Both the position numbers and the translations under genes were made by a program. Shown piece by piece: positions 1-17,866 of a DNA stretch of 64,000 nucleotides. The stretch spans positions 2,480,001 to 2,544,000 of the forward strand of contig CM022667.1 of the NCBI GenBank assembly GCA_012295275.1, given 5' to 3'. Origin of the DNA: Chrysomallon squamiferum (taxonomy: Eukaryota; Animalia; Mollusca). The notes under the pieces were generated by a model. That model saw only the letters and a list, made by a program, of their open reading frames with translations. It had not been told where the DNA came from and searched no databases. Within the stretch, counting starts at the first letter, position 1; each line of letters begins with the position of its first letter.

Positions 1-47
1 GTCAAGAAGAAAACGAGAGACAGATATTTCAGCTATCTATCTATCTC

Positions 48-85
<38 letters not shown>

Positions 86-391
86 AGTCCATATATATAT
101 ACACATACACATAAAAATAGTCTTAGTCTTTAATAATTAATAAATAAAATCTTAATAAATAAATAGATGTTGTATATAGGTATTGTTACTGATCAGTCTG
201 TAGATACTAACATAACACTGTGTTAAACCATTCACACTGCACGTTCACAATACATTTAGCCAAAAACACTTTAATTTTTACTGAAGCAAACACAACAAAT
301 TAAATTAAGTTGATTCTCGATGCAGACGATAGTGTACGTTTGATTGACAAACTCCTACTATCACGAACTATCGACATCAGCTGTCCGTGAA

Positions 392-480
392 GAAATCCAC
401 CAATCCGGTGACAGATGTAGAATTTTTCTTTTATGAATGACTGTTAAAATTAGCACTCTGCAACAGTGAAAATATCTAAA
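392..480 (+). promoter_or_regulatory. LamG copy 1 proximal promoter block (CCAAT box, degenerate TATA)
   Basis: GAAATCCACCAATCCGGTGA at 392-411 and GAATGACTGTTAAAATT are shared by all four paralogs. The TATA-equivalent position reads TATCTAAA here versus TATATAAA in copy 2. Confidence 0.55.
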
Positions 481-593
481 TATTCGGAAATGAAATGATT
501 TGTTTTAACAGCAACAGTAAATTAAGCATTGAGTTCTGAAGTGAGCAAAGCTCGGTGGTTGGTATTTGAAAATATAAAACAGTTTTGTTCGCC

Positions 594-826
594 ATGCACT
601 TGGACAGCGTGTTTGAAAAACTTTCGAGTTATGTGTTGTTAGTGGCTGTACTGGATTTGATGGCGTTGAAGAGAATGACAGCACAAACGTGTCCGGTAAA
701 TTTAACATTTAGCTCTGTACATTTATTTATTATGTGTTTGATTATGTGTAAATGACAGAAAGTAAATATATTTATAAAGAAATATGTGTGTATATTTATA
801 GTTTGAACGAGAGAGAGTGAGAGAGA

Positions 827-892
<66 letters not shown>

Positions 893-2553
893 TCTTTTCT
901 TGTTTTTATTTTATTATGTTAGTCGACTGTTCCAGGCGTAGTTATTTTTATACAGAACCTGGTTCATTTCATGGACCTAGGATACAAACAGTGATTACTA
1001 GATAGAAAGAACCCTTACTAAACTAAACTAAACACAGACAAACAGACAGGCAAAGAGATTATCTACAGAAAGGCAAAAAACGAGAAGAACAATAACATGA
1101 AACAAGAGAAAATAAAACCACAAATCATATATGTATATGTGTAATGACATGCATGGTAACATAAGAATATATACAAATTTTACACTTACAAGTAATTTAA
1201 TATTTACTATTAATAATTTTAACAGGACAGACACCATATAATGGCAAAAAAGGGCATCAAAATTGTACTAAACGAAAGGAGTTATGTGAAGATGCATACT
1301 GCACCGTTTCGTCCAGATCGGTAAGTAAATGTCAATGAACATAGATCAGTGATTTTACACCTGTTTAGATCTGTCATCAAGAAGCATTGGTTAATGCGTC
1401 AAAACTCAAATGGATCTAAATATTTTGCAGTGGAGTTCTTCTTATATACATGTATATGTTTTACTTGTATTATCTTGTTATGCCGCGAGTATTTGTAGCA
1501 GACCAGTAATTTGCGTGTTAATAGTACGCTGCTTTTGTAATCATTATAATAGTAGTACAGTAGTATCAGTAGTATTAGTAGCAATTCTCTATATAAGAAA
1601 TAATGACAGGATTTCAATGATCGGCCAGTTTCCTTTCCGTTGGTATTAAGGTTTGTTTTTTTTTTGTTTTTTTATCTGTTTTCATCTAGGTGTAGCCAAA
1701 AAAAAATGTAGTTCTAAGGATTCAACCAAACATTCAAGCTTCGGAATGCTAAATTTTTTAACCTACTGATCTTGTATAAGAAATATTTGTCATTTCATTT
1801 TTTTTTTTTTAATTCAAGCTGTAATAAGCAATCCTGCAAATTTTACAGGAAGAATCTACTGGACGGATGGGATTTAAATTTAAAAATGTTTTATTTGAGT
1901 TATTTTACACAGAATGATCTAATAGCAAATACAAATATTAATCTAAACTGGTTTTTCGTTTCAGAGAAGTTCTTTCGTTCTCTATCAAAACCTACTCTTT
2001 CCATGGCTTGATTTTTTACGGAACTCAGAAAAATTACCGAGCAAGGCTTGTAGTCCTGTCGATACGGAAAGGATATCTGCACTACAACGCCAGATGTTGG
2101 GCGGCTAGTGTAGACATCATTTTAAATTTCAGAGTTGACGACGGACACTGGCACAACGTAAGTGGTTTTTTTTTTTTTTTTTTCATTAACAGAAACTTCG
2201 TAGATCTAGACCTTTAGAGAGTAGTGTTTCAGTATTCTCGTTCTTTCGTATTTTTGTTGAAACTAATGATTCGCTCAGTTAATTGTAATCTACACCTACG
2301 TGGCATTAAAAAAAAAATAGAGACAGCCCCCATTATATATCTCTTCCAAGAATATTACCAGTGATGAAAAATGGCGGTGTATGCACGTGCATTAATTAAA
2401 TTGATATTGCGACTGTTGCTTGCACCTACATAACATACTGTAAGAATATTTAGATCAGTGCTTCCGCTCCTTTTTTTAATTTTATTTGTGATTCGATGTT
2501 TGTCAAGCAGAGTTCACTATATTTTATTATCGACAAAGATTGATTATCTAGTA

Positions 2554-2646
<93 letters not shown>

Positions 2647-2994
2647 AACACATACACATACGATTTGATAAATAATAATTTTTTAAAAATCTTTTTGTCA
2701 AATAAAAACTTTCTCTACATATCTGATGAGGATGATTATTGCTCACTCATTCAGATAACATTCATGATGGAAGGAGGTTATGGGTTTATTAACATGGACG
2801 GACAACGCACAAATCGGCGATACCCGTTTGACTGCAGCCCAGACTACTTTGAATTTGGAGGTGTATCTGACACAGATTTCCACAGAATTTACGGAGAAGT
2901 CCTAGTAAGATTTTATTAACAATAATTTTTTTGAACTTCGTCAGTAATTTAATATCAGTTACAATGATTAGTTTAATTTAGAACATATCAGTGA

Positions 2995-3030
<36 letters not shown>

Positions 3031-3088
3031 CGTATGTATAAATACATACATACATACATATATAATAGTTAAACAGAGAAAAAGATAC

Positions 3089-3171
<83 letters not shown>

Positions 3172-3349
3172 ACACACACATACACCATGTATTTACCTTC
3201 TAGCCAAGTCTTACAAATAATACACGTCTATTTTTGTTTTCCAGGAATATGGAGGTCATTTTCTAGGATGTATAGGCGATTTGAATGTCTCCGCTAAACT
3301 TACAGATTATATTACCTACAGTGTTGTTTCAAGTTGTGAGCAGGATTGA
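594..3349 (+). CDS. Small putatively secreted single laminin-G-domain protein, copy 1 (214 aa, 5 exons)
   Basis: Exons 594-695, 1226-1320, 1965-2157, 2755-2904, 3245-3349, all GT-AG and phase-consistent (0,2,0,0). Exon 1 MHLDSVFEKLSSYVLLVAVLDLMALKRMTAQTCP is signal-peptide-like. LamG hallmarks: LSFSIKTYSFHGLIFY, VDDGHWHNI, INMDG, FEFGG, HFLGCIGDL, terminal Cys. Confidence 0.85.
833..886. repeat. (GA)n microsatellite, representative of dozens of (GA)n, (CA)n, (TA)n, (ATT)n and (AAAT)n tracts
   Basis: Pure GA run. Others at about 2570-2643, 3090-3169, 6637-6737, 7549-7626, 9621-9695, 12800-12873, 16248-16312, 23531-23617; AAAT-rich block at 4140-5130. Confidence 0.95.
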
Positions 3350-3399
3350 AAACTCTTTGCCTGTTTTGTTCTTTCCTTATTTCTTGATATATTATCATC

Positions 3400-3444
<45 letters not shown>

Positions 3445-4270
3445 ATCTCCATTCATAAAACCTTATAAAATAAATTATATTAATAAATAATAAATTTAGC
3501 ATCTAAAAGAACAAAAATATCCTTGTTTTCTGAACTATTGTCTATTTTAAAAAATGTTTAATATAAATTATATCATAATAATCAAATTTATTAATAAAAA
3601 GAAGTATTAAAAATTAAAATTATTACATGTATTCATACAAATAAAGTATTAAGTTGTTTGAAGGAGAGATAAGATAAAAACAACAAATAATAATAATAAT
3701 AAAAAACAGACTAGTGATAACATGTGGAGGCTGCCATTTCTAATTTGTTTTGTTGATGTTGCTGTTTTTGTTTTTATTTTGTTATTGTTGTATGATACGA
3801 ACAAACCAAAAAGCAAACTAATAATTAATAAAATTCTGAAATCAATGAATACTTTACAAGTGGTTACTCAATGTATACCAAAACTGAATAAACATATTAT
3901 GTACGTATGCACATATATATATACATGCGTACGTATTTAATGCATACATACATACATACATACACACATACACTTACATATACACACACATATATATACC
4001 TTCATACATATAAATACATAAAAACGTACATATATACACACACATACGTACAGACACACCGACATACTGCCTACTGAGATATATGTCTGTATGCATTCAG
4101 ACATAAATATTATTAAACACTACGTATAAAAGTGCGTATAATAATAACAAAATTAAAATAAATTAAATTAAATTAAATTAAAAAAAAATATAATAAAAAA
4201 TAAAAATATTGCATAAATAAATCAATAAATAAATAAAATAAAATAAAATAAAAAATAAAATAAAATAAAA

Positions 4271-4305
<35 letters not shown>

Positions 4306-6225
4306 AATAAAATAAAATAAATAAATAAATAAATAAATAACAATATGTTCACCTAATGTCAACTTTAAGTGTATTTTACTACTAAATTATAAATATAACA
4401 CTTCTGGATTTTTGTTCATGTTGATGATAACATCTTGAAGTTTAGTACCAGTTTCACCAAAATCAACTCAATTGTTACCGAGATACCACAGCTTATAAAA
4501 TGACGTCACGCCCAAAATGCTAGAATTCTTGGTCCAGTGTCTATGCGTATCCTTTGTTGTTAACGGTTTTGCACTCATGACGTCATTTATGACATCACAA
4601 CACTGTTTACGTCAGTTTGTTAATTAAAATAACGCGTACAATTAAGGGTTGGAATATTGCCGAATGTTTGACTATTTCTTCGTGTTACCAAAACTTACAG
4701 TTTCATAATTGTACTGAACCATGATTGGAAAAGAGCCTAGGTTAAATGAATATTGAAATTTCTAAATAAATAAATAAATAAATAAGTAAGTAAGTAAGTA
4801 AATAAATAAATAAATAAATAAAATAAATAAATAAACAAACAGACAGACAAACAAACAAACAATCAATCAAATAAACAAATAAATAATCAAATAAATAAGC
4901 AAGTACATAAATAAATAAATAAATAAACAAATAAGTAAATAAATAAAAATAAATAAATAAGTAAATAAAAAAAGATAAATAAATAAAAAAATTAAAATAA
5001 AATAAAATAAATGAAATGAAATGAAATAAACAAATAAGTAAGTAAATAAAAAATAGATAAATAAATAAAAAAATATAAATAAAATAAACGAAATGAAATA
5101 AAATATAAGGAAATAAAAATAAATAAAATAAAGTAGGAAGTACGTTGAGTATAAAATACATCTGTTACTGATATTTTTTTTTTTTTTTTTTTTTTTTTCG
5201 CGTAACTAAAACCGCCAGAGATGATTATTTCAAACAATTTATTAATTTTAAAATTATCGTGAACTGATATATAAATCTCTTTATGATCACGATGAATAGC
5301 TACATTAAAACCAAAATTGAATATATCATTGTTATGGTAGTAAAATATCAAACTTTTCCGGAAATTTACTGGCTTTTTCTTTTTTCTCTCTCTGCTTTTT
5401 GATGAAATACCAGAGCTTTTAAACAAATCTGATAAAAATCTATCTGTATATATATATATATATATATAGTTTTTTCATTTATTGTGTGGATGCATGAGTT
5501 TATTTTTGTATTCGTTTATGATATAAAAATGTAACACGGAAATGTAACATGTTATGGTATTTGAGGAAAAAAAAAGGATTTTAAATCTGCGGAAATTTTA
5601 TCTGTTTGAAAAAAATATATATATATATATTATAAAAATAAAATAAAAAATAAAATAAAAAAGAACTACCGGTTGTAACTATTGGTAATTTTAATGAAAG
5701 TAACAATGACAGTTACCTATCTAAAAAAATTGTGTGTGCGTGTGTGCGTGTGTGTATTTGTGTTGCTATTGTGAGCAAAGCTGTTCATGTATGTATATGC
5801 TTGTTGTAGAAAATTTCAATCAATGTACACGAATAATAAAAAAATAATAAAATTGACTTTGTAATGACAGAATTATTTTATTTTATTCTTTTATCTTTTA
5901 AATTATTATTAACCAATAAACTGATATGTTTTTTATGATCTTATTATTTCTAACTTTTTTTCGAAATGTACCTCATTTGTTTTCCATTTTTATTCATTTT
6001 TTTATTATTATTTTTTTTTTTCTAATCAAATGTCGTTAAATTTATCTATCTGTCTGTCTATCCATCTACCTGAGTGTCTTTCCCTATCTTTGTGTGTATT
6101 AAACTGATACAGATACAATCTTTTCTACTGAAGCAAACACAACAAATTAAATTAAGTTTATTCTCGATGCAGACGATAGTGTACGTTTGATTGACAAACT
6201 CCTACTATTACGAATATCGACATCA

Positions 6226-6314
6226 GAAATCCACCAATCCGGTGACAGATATAGAATTTTTCCTTTACGAATGACTGTTAAAATTAGCACTCTGCAACAT
6301 GGAATATATATAAA
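6226..6314 (+). promoter_or_regulatory. LamG copy 2 proximal promoter (CCAAT box + TATA)
   Basis: GAAATCCACCAATCCGGTGA at 6226-6245; TATATAAA at 6307-6314, about 100 bp before the ATG. Confidence 0.55.
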
Positions 6315-6412
6315 TATTCGGAAATGCACCAATTTTTAACATAACAGATACATTTAATACAGAGCAAAGCTCTGTGGTTGGTATTTGAAAATATAAAACA
6401 GTTTTGTTCGCC

Positions 6413-10444
<4,032 letters not shown>

Positions 10445-10484
10445 AAACTCTTTATCTGTTTCTTTCTTTCTTTATTTATTATCA

Positions 10485-10517
<33 letters not shown>

Positions 10518-11907
10518 GGATCATCGTGAACGAAAGACGAAGTAAAATTTGAAAAAAACAAATAATAAATTAAAATAAATAAATAATAATAAGAAGAAAT
10601 AAGAAAAGGTTTATGATTTCTTAATTATTATTTAAATTATATTCCAATAATTAATATTACACACACACAAATACATACATATAAAAATACATAATAATCA
10701 TGATCATATTTATAATGTATTTTTATATGTTTGTACGTATTTACATATGTATATATGTATGCATCTCTGTGTATGTGTGTGTGTGTGTGTGTGTGTGTTT
10801 ATATGGTATTAATTAGGTAGTCATATATATATATAACGTTTTCATGGAATGTTAGTTTAGGTAGTTACAACATCTTATATATATATATATCTGTGCATAT
10901 TTTAATTTTATAGACAGGCAGAATCTAAAACCATTCTCAATGAATTGTTGCATGATTTAATTACAGTGTATAAAATAAATGTTGCCTCGGTTTGAACGTT
11001 TTTTTCATCCACATGTTAATGGTCTGTATAAATAATTATTACGTTGAGGCGGAGATTTTATACTTCGAGATCTTCAACACTTACACTTCAACAATTAAAA
11101 AAACACCTGCTAAAAACAACAACAACACAAAAATGGTTCCAGTGATTAATTTAATAAATATCCAGCCAGTTAAATGTATATTTAATTTTAAAAAAAGGTT
11201 CAAAGATCCAGTAGCGAGAAAAACTGCTTCCTGATGATCCCGTTCCATCCTCCGAGACAAATGCTCTCTGTAAATTTTGAATACATGCTTGCCTAACGCT
11301 TTCAGCTGTTTTCGAGAAATCGAACCCGTGATTAAAAGCTAGAAAATGAGGGTAATGGTGGGGAGGGGAATCAGTATTGAACAGATACTCCCAAAATTCC
11401 TCTGTCTTAACATTTTTTTTTTCGAAATCACTAGCATTTCTGTCAACCACTGATACCGTAGCAAAATATGCTTCCAATGTCATATAATTAAAGAAATAGC
11501 AGCATAACAAATTGGACAAGAATCTCTTCTCTACATGATACAATGACTCGAAAACACGAAGCTGGAGATTAAAACAAATTGAAAACGTTTTTGTGGACTC
11601 GCTTCATTTGAACTTAACGTCGCAAAAAAAAAAACCAGTTTTCGTGATGTATCAGTCACATACGCAATAACGTGTCGATATATTTGCAAGTGTTGATATG
11701 TATATTTCAAAAGCCTGTATTCGTGTTTTCGAGAGACAAAATAAATTCAACGTGTAAGTCAGAGATCTTAATTTATTGTGTGAAATTTCTTGTACGGTAG
11801 CATTATTAGAACCTGATTCTTCAACACATGTCATTCAGCTTGTTTGTTATAGTGTACTACCCACTCATTAACAGCAGGAAAAAGTATGTGATTATTTAAT
11901 ATATGAA

Positions 11908-11948
<41 letters not shown>

Positions 11949-12639
11949 AAAAAGGAAAGCTTTTAATTGTATTATTGTTATTAACAGTAGTAATAGTAGC
12001 ATTTTATCAAAATGAAAGGAAATTTTATTATTATTATTAGTAGTAGTAGTAGTAGTAGCAGCAGTAGTAGTAGTAATAGGAGTGCTAGCAGTAATAGTAG
12101 TAGTAGTAGTAGCAGTAGTAGTAGTAGTAGTAGTAGTAGTATATTCATGCATCTCTATTTCTTTTTTTTTACTTTTTTACTTTGAATTTTTAATTATTAT
12201 TTTATTTTTGAATCACAGTAAAATTCTCCAGATTTACACTGTAATCTATAACTGACATAACTGCTATAAAAAATTCAACAACACAACAAAAACAATGACT
12301 AAATATGTCAGAGCAAGCATGTATTTGCAACAATATCCAAATTTTAAATAATACTTCATTGAACAAATATGAAAAAAAAAAAAACTAGAACTATAATAAG
12401 TAAATCAGTAAATAAACAAGTAAATAAATAAATACATAAATAAATACATAAATAAATACATAAAAACATAAATAAATAAATAAATAAATAAATAAATACA
12501 TACATATATAAATAAATAAATAAATAAATAAATAAATATACAAATAAATAAATAAATAAAAGCAAAATTAATTAATTAATTAATCAGCAAAGTAAACAAA
12601 GAAATCAATGATTAAAAACCAACACAAAGAAATATCCTC

Positions 12640-12794
12640 TCATTTGAACTGGCAGCTGGAAGTACTGTTGTAGAAAGCTTGACCTCTAAGACCAGTTGAG
12701 AAAGACAAACTGCCTATACAGCCTTCGAAATGACCCTCATTCTAGAACAGAAAAGAATATCAGTTGTTCGTATGACGTGGCTTCGAAGTTAGGT

Positions 12795-12878
<84 letters not shown>

Positions 12879-13171
12879 AACAACAAAGAAATAAATGATT
12901 TAAAGTTTCAATTCATATATCAAAAGTATGTTATATAAATTCTAGAAGTCTGAAAAACAAAACAAATGATGATGAATGTGCCACGTGCACTTATTATATC
13001 AGTTACACGCAAACTGAATAAAATGAGAGAAGTACCGAAAACAAAACTTTCTCCTTAAGAAAGTAAATATTACATCTGAGTCGAAACTTAATACTAAAGA
13101 ACCTAAATACATGTTGTACATCTTTATACATGTTTTGATAATAATGTACGAAAAGAAAAAGTTACGTCATG

Positions 13172-13224
<53 letters not shown>

Positions 13225-14899
13225 CATATTTATTTCATACTGACGACATTGCAGGAATTCTAAAATAAACTAATCGTAATAAAACATCAGTGCAAAATTT
13301 AAAAATCATAATTAATAAAAATCTTACGATCAGTCCTTCGTGAAGGTCGTGGAAACGTGAATCAAGGGCCGCTCCAAACTCATAATAGTCTATCCTGCAG
13401 TTCACTTCATAAAAAAATGGCTGACGCCTTCCATCGACATATATGTGTTGGATTCCGTTTACTATTTTAAATTCAGCCTTAAACAGAGAAATAATAATCA
13501 TTCTTAAGAGATCATCAGATATGTAGTAATTCTGTAAATATTACCTGTTAAAAAAAAAAAATAAAAAAAATAAAAAATTAAATTAAAATAAAAATTTCTT
13601 AAAAAATCGCTTCTTTGTTTCTTCAAGAATATAACAAAATGAACAAAAAAAATCAATTTAAATCTTGTTTTTTGGTGGAGGGGGTGTTTTTATCGGTACT
13701 CGATACTCTTCCAAGTGGAATGTTTTTCACAAATTGTTTTTCGATGTTTTTCTATCTATAAGCAAAGTGCTTTTAATATATTACTCTCGCTAACCGCGAA
13801 AAGGATGTTTACATCGTTTAGAGATTTAGCGCGGTTTATTTCACACTATCTGAACGAAACGTAACAGAACTGTGCATGAAACGTCACATCCGTCGATTAG
13901 AAATGTGCTGAGAACGTCATTGAAATAAATATTTTTTTCGACCGTAGCAGGAGAGAAAGAAAGCTGCTTTAATAATAATAATAATAATAATAATAAAAAT
14001 ATAATAATAATAATGATAATAAAACACACACACACACACACACACAACTGTGGTTGATGCTTCATCTGTAGAAAGACTTACATGGTGCCATTTTCCGTCG
14101 TCTGCTCTGTCGCCAACTAAAGGAAGCCATAGGTGATTCGAGGTGCAGCTAGCAAGGAATTCTAATCTCCCGTTTCTCAACATAAAAGCCACGTTTCTGT
14201 ACCGCCGTTTCTCCGCGGCTCCAAAAAAAATCACTCCGTGTGGAGTTTCGGCTTTGAAACGTAAGGAAAGACTTACGCTGAAATGGAAATCATTTACGAT
14301 TAGAGATAAATTTAATGTTTACTACTACTGCTGCGACCATACCGTGAAAATGTGTGTGTGCGTTGTAATAATTAAAAAAAAAAAAAAACTTTAACGCTAA
14401 ATACTCGGATTCATCCTTGAAATTCTGCAGATTTGTTCACTGTGGCTTGGCAAGTGTGAAACGTCAAAATATTTTGTTATGTTATACATATAGGTCAAAA
14501 TGGCTGAACGTCACGTGATATTAATTGGAAGGGAACTGCCAATCAGAGTGAGTAACGTTTTCTTACTCTGAGATAAAAAGGTATTACGCGGTATGACACG
14601 GAAGTGACGTGTTATTATGTAAATTATTAGTTTAGTGATTAAGCATTGCTGCATGATGACAAACCTAATTACATGTAAAATACCTGACATCCGCTCAACT
14701 TTTTCGTTATTCATATTTGATTTCTCGCTGACCAGCAACAACCATTTCCACACACACACACTCACACACACAAACACACACACACACACACACTCACACA
14801 TTTACACAGAGAGATCATGATATATACAGATACACTCTCAACAAACACACACACACATAAATATTACAACATACATACATACATATATACATATACATA

Positions 14900-14931
<32 letters not shown>

Positions 14932-14962
14932 CATACATATATACATACATATATATATATAT

Positions 14963-15005
<43 letters not shown>

Positions 15006-15247
15006 CATACATAAGAACATTTTTATTTTTATTTAATTTTATTTATTTTAATTTTTTTTTTAATTTTTTTTTTAGCGAGTAATATTTACAGAATTAATAC
15101 ATATCTGATGATCTCTGTTTAGGCTGAATTTAAAATAGTAAACGGAATCCAATATATATATATACACACTCACACGTACATACATACATACATACATACA
15201 TACATACATACTGAAATATACATACAAACATACCACACACACATACA

Positions 15248-15279
<32 letters not shown>

Positions 15280-15588
15280 CATACAAACACACACACATAC
15301 ATACATACTACGTACACACACATACATACATACATACATACATATAAACATACAGACATATTCACACAAGTAAAAACACGCTGTTACTCACCCTCCCCAA
15401 AAGTCGTTTGAAATGCGGATACGGACATGACTTGCTAAGTATGGTTCCAACCGGACTCCGAATGTCGAAAATATCGAATTGTCTCTAACCTGTTATAAAC
15501 ACAGTTAGTAAATATTAAGTTATTTATAACTGTTCCTATCATCATATACATGTCCATATAATATTCAGAAAATATGATTTATGATTGT

Positions 15589-15630
<42 letters not shown>

Positions 15631-16242
15631 ATTTTATCTATATATATATATTTATTATCTGTTTGTGTGTCTAGACCATCCCGACCTGCCTAAAATAGCA
15701 TTGCTGATTATAATTACATGAAAACACGTGTCGCTTCCTGGCAATTCCACCCTTTCCCTATTTGAAGCAAAACCAAATAAAGCGTATTATGAAGTAAAAT
15801 AATTCCGAAGATTTTGTTGTTGTTGTTGTTGTTGTTGTTGTTAATTATATATTAACAAGTGCTGATTTGTTCTGTTAAAACAAAATGTGTGGGTTTAGCT
15901 AAATGTTTGAACATTGATGTAACAACATGAGGGCGTTTAAAACGAGAATAAACTAGATCACGTGACAGTGATACAAGCTGATCGTGTGAGAGACTGAGGT
16001 TTGTTGATAGTTAAAAAAAACAAAATCAAGTTTAAAGGTTTTCATTTCAGTGATATGAGTCATCACAAAAGTTCTCTTATTTTTTATTTTATTTTCTTGT
16101 ATTTTCATACCTTTTTTCACAGCTAAAATGCTTTCTTGTTTTTCTGACATCTTCCTTTCTATATCTATCTATCTATCTGTCTGTCTGTCTATCTCTCAGT
16201 CTACGTGTTCATCTGTTTCTATCTTTATCTGTGTCTCTATCG

Positions 16243-16321
<79 letters not shown>

Positions 16322-17086
16322 CTGTTTTTCTCTCTAGCTCTTTCTGATTGTCAGTTTGTCTCTCTGTGTCTCTGTCTCTCTGCCCTGTTTGAATGTATTA
16401 CATTTTGGATATCTACATTAAAATTTCGCTGTACAAAAGAACATTGTTTCCTTTAAAAAGCTTTTTTGGCTCAGTCTGATATGTTTTGTGTTACGTCAGT
16501 TATTACGTGAGATCAAAAATTCACAGAAATGACTGAGGTGAATTGTCTTTTCTTTACATACAATACTGTTGTTCTACCCACGCATGTACAAGCTTCATGC
16601 ACTGTTATTAAATGTGCAGTATAAACATTTTTGTATTTTTGACTGTTTCGCTTATTTAAAATCTCTAGAGGCAGTTTTTAAATGAATTGTCCAACTTATT
16701 TGTTTACTCAGGTATTTTGTTTTATTTATTTACGAACTTATAATTTTGCTTAGACAGGTGTTTAAGAATGTTCAATTCTAATTTTTAAAGGATAGTCAAT
16801 ATTTAAGTGAGTTAGAAAGTTATATTAAATTATAAAAATAATGTAGGTGATGAAAATGTCATTATTTATTTGTGTATGCGTATTTTCATGCCTGCACGTG
16901 TACATGACTGTTAGTCTCGCGGTATTTCTGTTGTGAAAGTATGTATATGAATGTACGTGTTTAATTTTGTATTTTTGTTGATTTATTGCTGTTTCTTTAA
17001 AAATACAGTTCATACATACATATTTAACATACATACAAGCATACATACACATATACATCCGTTATTATTATTATTATTACTGTTGT

Positions 17087-17132
<46 letters not shown>

Positions 17133-17643
17133 ACTGGTAACTAAAAGTATTCCGCTTAATATGTTAAATAAACTTGGTCATGAAAGGATGACGAGAATAC
17201 TTTTTTCATTTTTGTATTTTTACAGAGACTTTTTTGGACAGATTTTAAATTAATTTATTTTCTATTCTGTTATTTATTTGTATTGTTGTTCTTCCTTTAT
17301 CACGTTCATCTTTGCCCACAAATAAAAACAGAGACACATCATCATCATCATCATCATGGCCGTAATTACATTCAGGAAAATGAGGCAAATGCCTCATACC
17401 GAAATTCACGATTTTTAATTTTTTTTTTGTGTGTGTGTTTTCCGATAAAGATTTTATTTTCAAATATAAATTAGTTACGGCCGTTATTATTATTATTGTT
17501 GTTGTTGTTGTTTTTGTTATTATTATTATTAAACTTACCCCACAGGCGCTGTAAGAGCTTTGAATTGTCAAACGTACATTCGTTAATACAACCGCTAAGA
17601 ACAGGAAACCGTAAAGTTTGTGAAACACTCTGTCCAAGAGCAT
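12640..17643 (-). CDS. Small putatively secreted single laminin-G-domain protein, copy 3 (216 aa, 5 exons)
   Basis: Exons 17643-17539, 15489-15392, 14277-14082, 13477-13328, 12741-12640, GT-AG, same phases as copies 1 and 2. Motifs [42 protein letters not shown]...SSCQFK*. Confidence 0.85.
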
Positions 17644-17745
17644 GGCGAGCAAAACAGTTAATTTTTTTTCCAGTTCTGACCACTGGGTTGTGCTTATATC
17701 ACTGTTATTATTTATATTAAAATAAAATTTCGCGTTTCCAAACGC

Positions 17746-17866
17746 TTTATATATTTTTCTCAGCCGATAGGAAATGTAATTTTAACAGTCATTCATAAAC
17801 AAACATTTACTACGTTTCACCGGATTGGTGGATTTCGTCACCGCGTGGTTTCACCTGCGCATGCGC
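17746..17866 (-). promoter_or_regulatory. LamG copy 3 proximal promoter (NRF1-like motif, CCAAT, TATA)
   Basis: TGCGCATGCGC at 17856-17866, CCAAT block at 17817-17836, TATATAAAG about 105 bp upstream of the ATG. Confidence 0.5.

Noticed and set aside
573-579. TATAAAA just upstream of the LamG copy 1 ATG
   Set aside because: It is only about 15 nt before the ATG. The TATA conserved across paralogs lies about 100-120 bp upstream.
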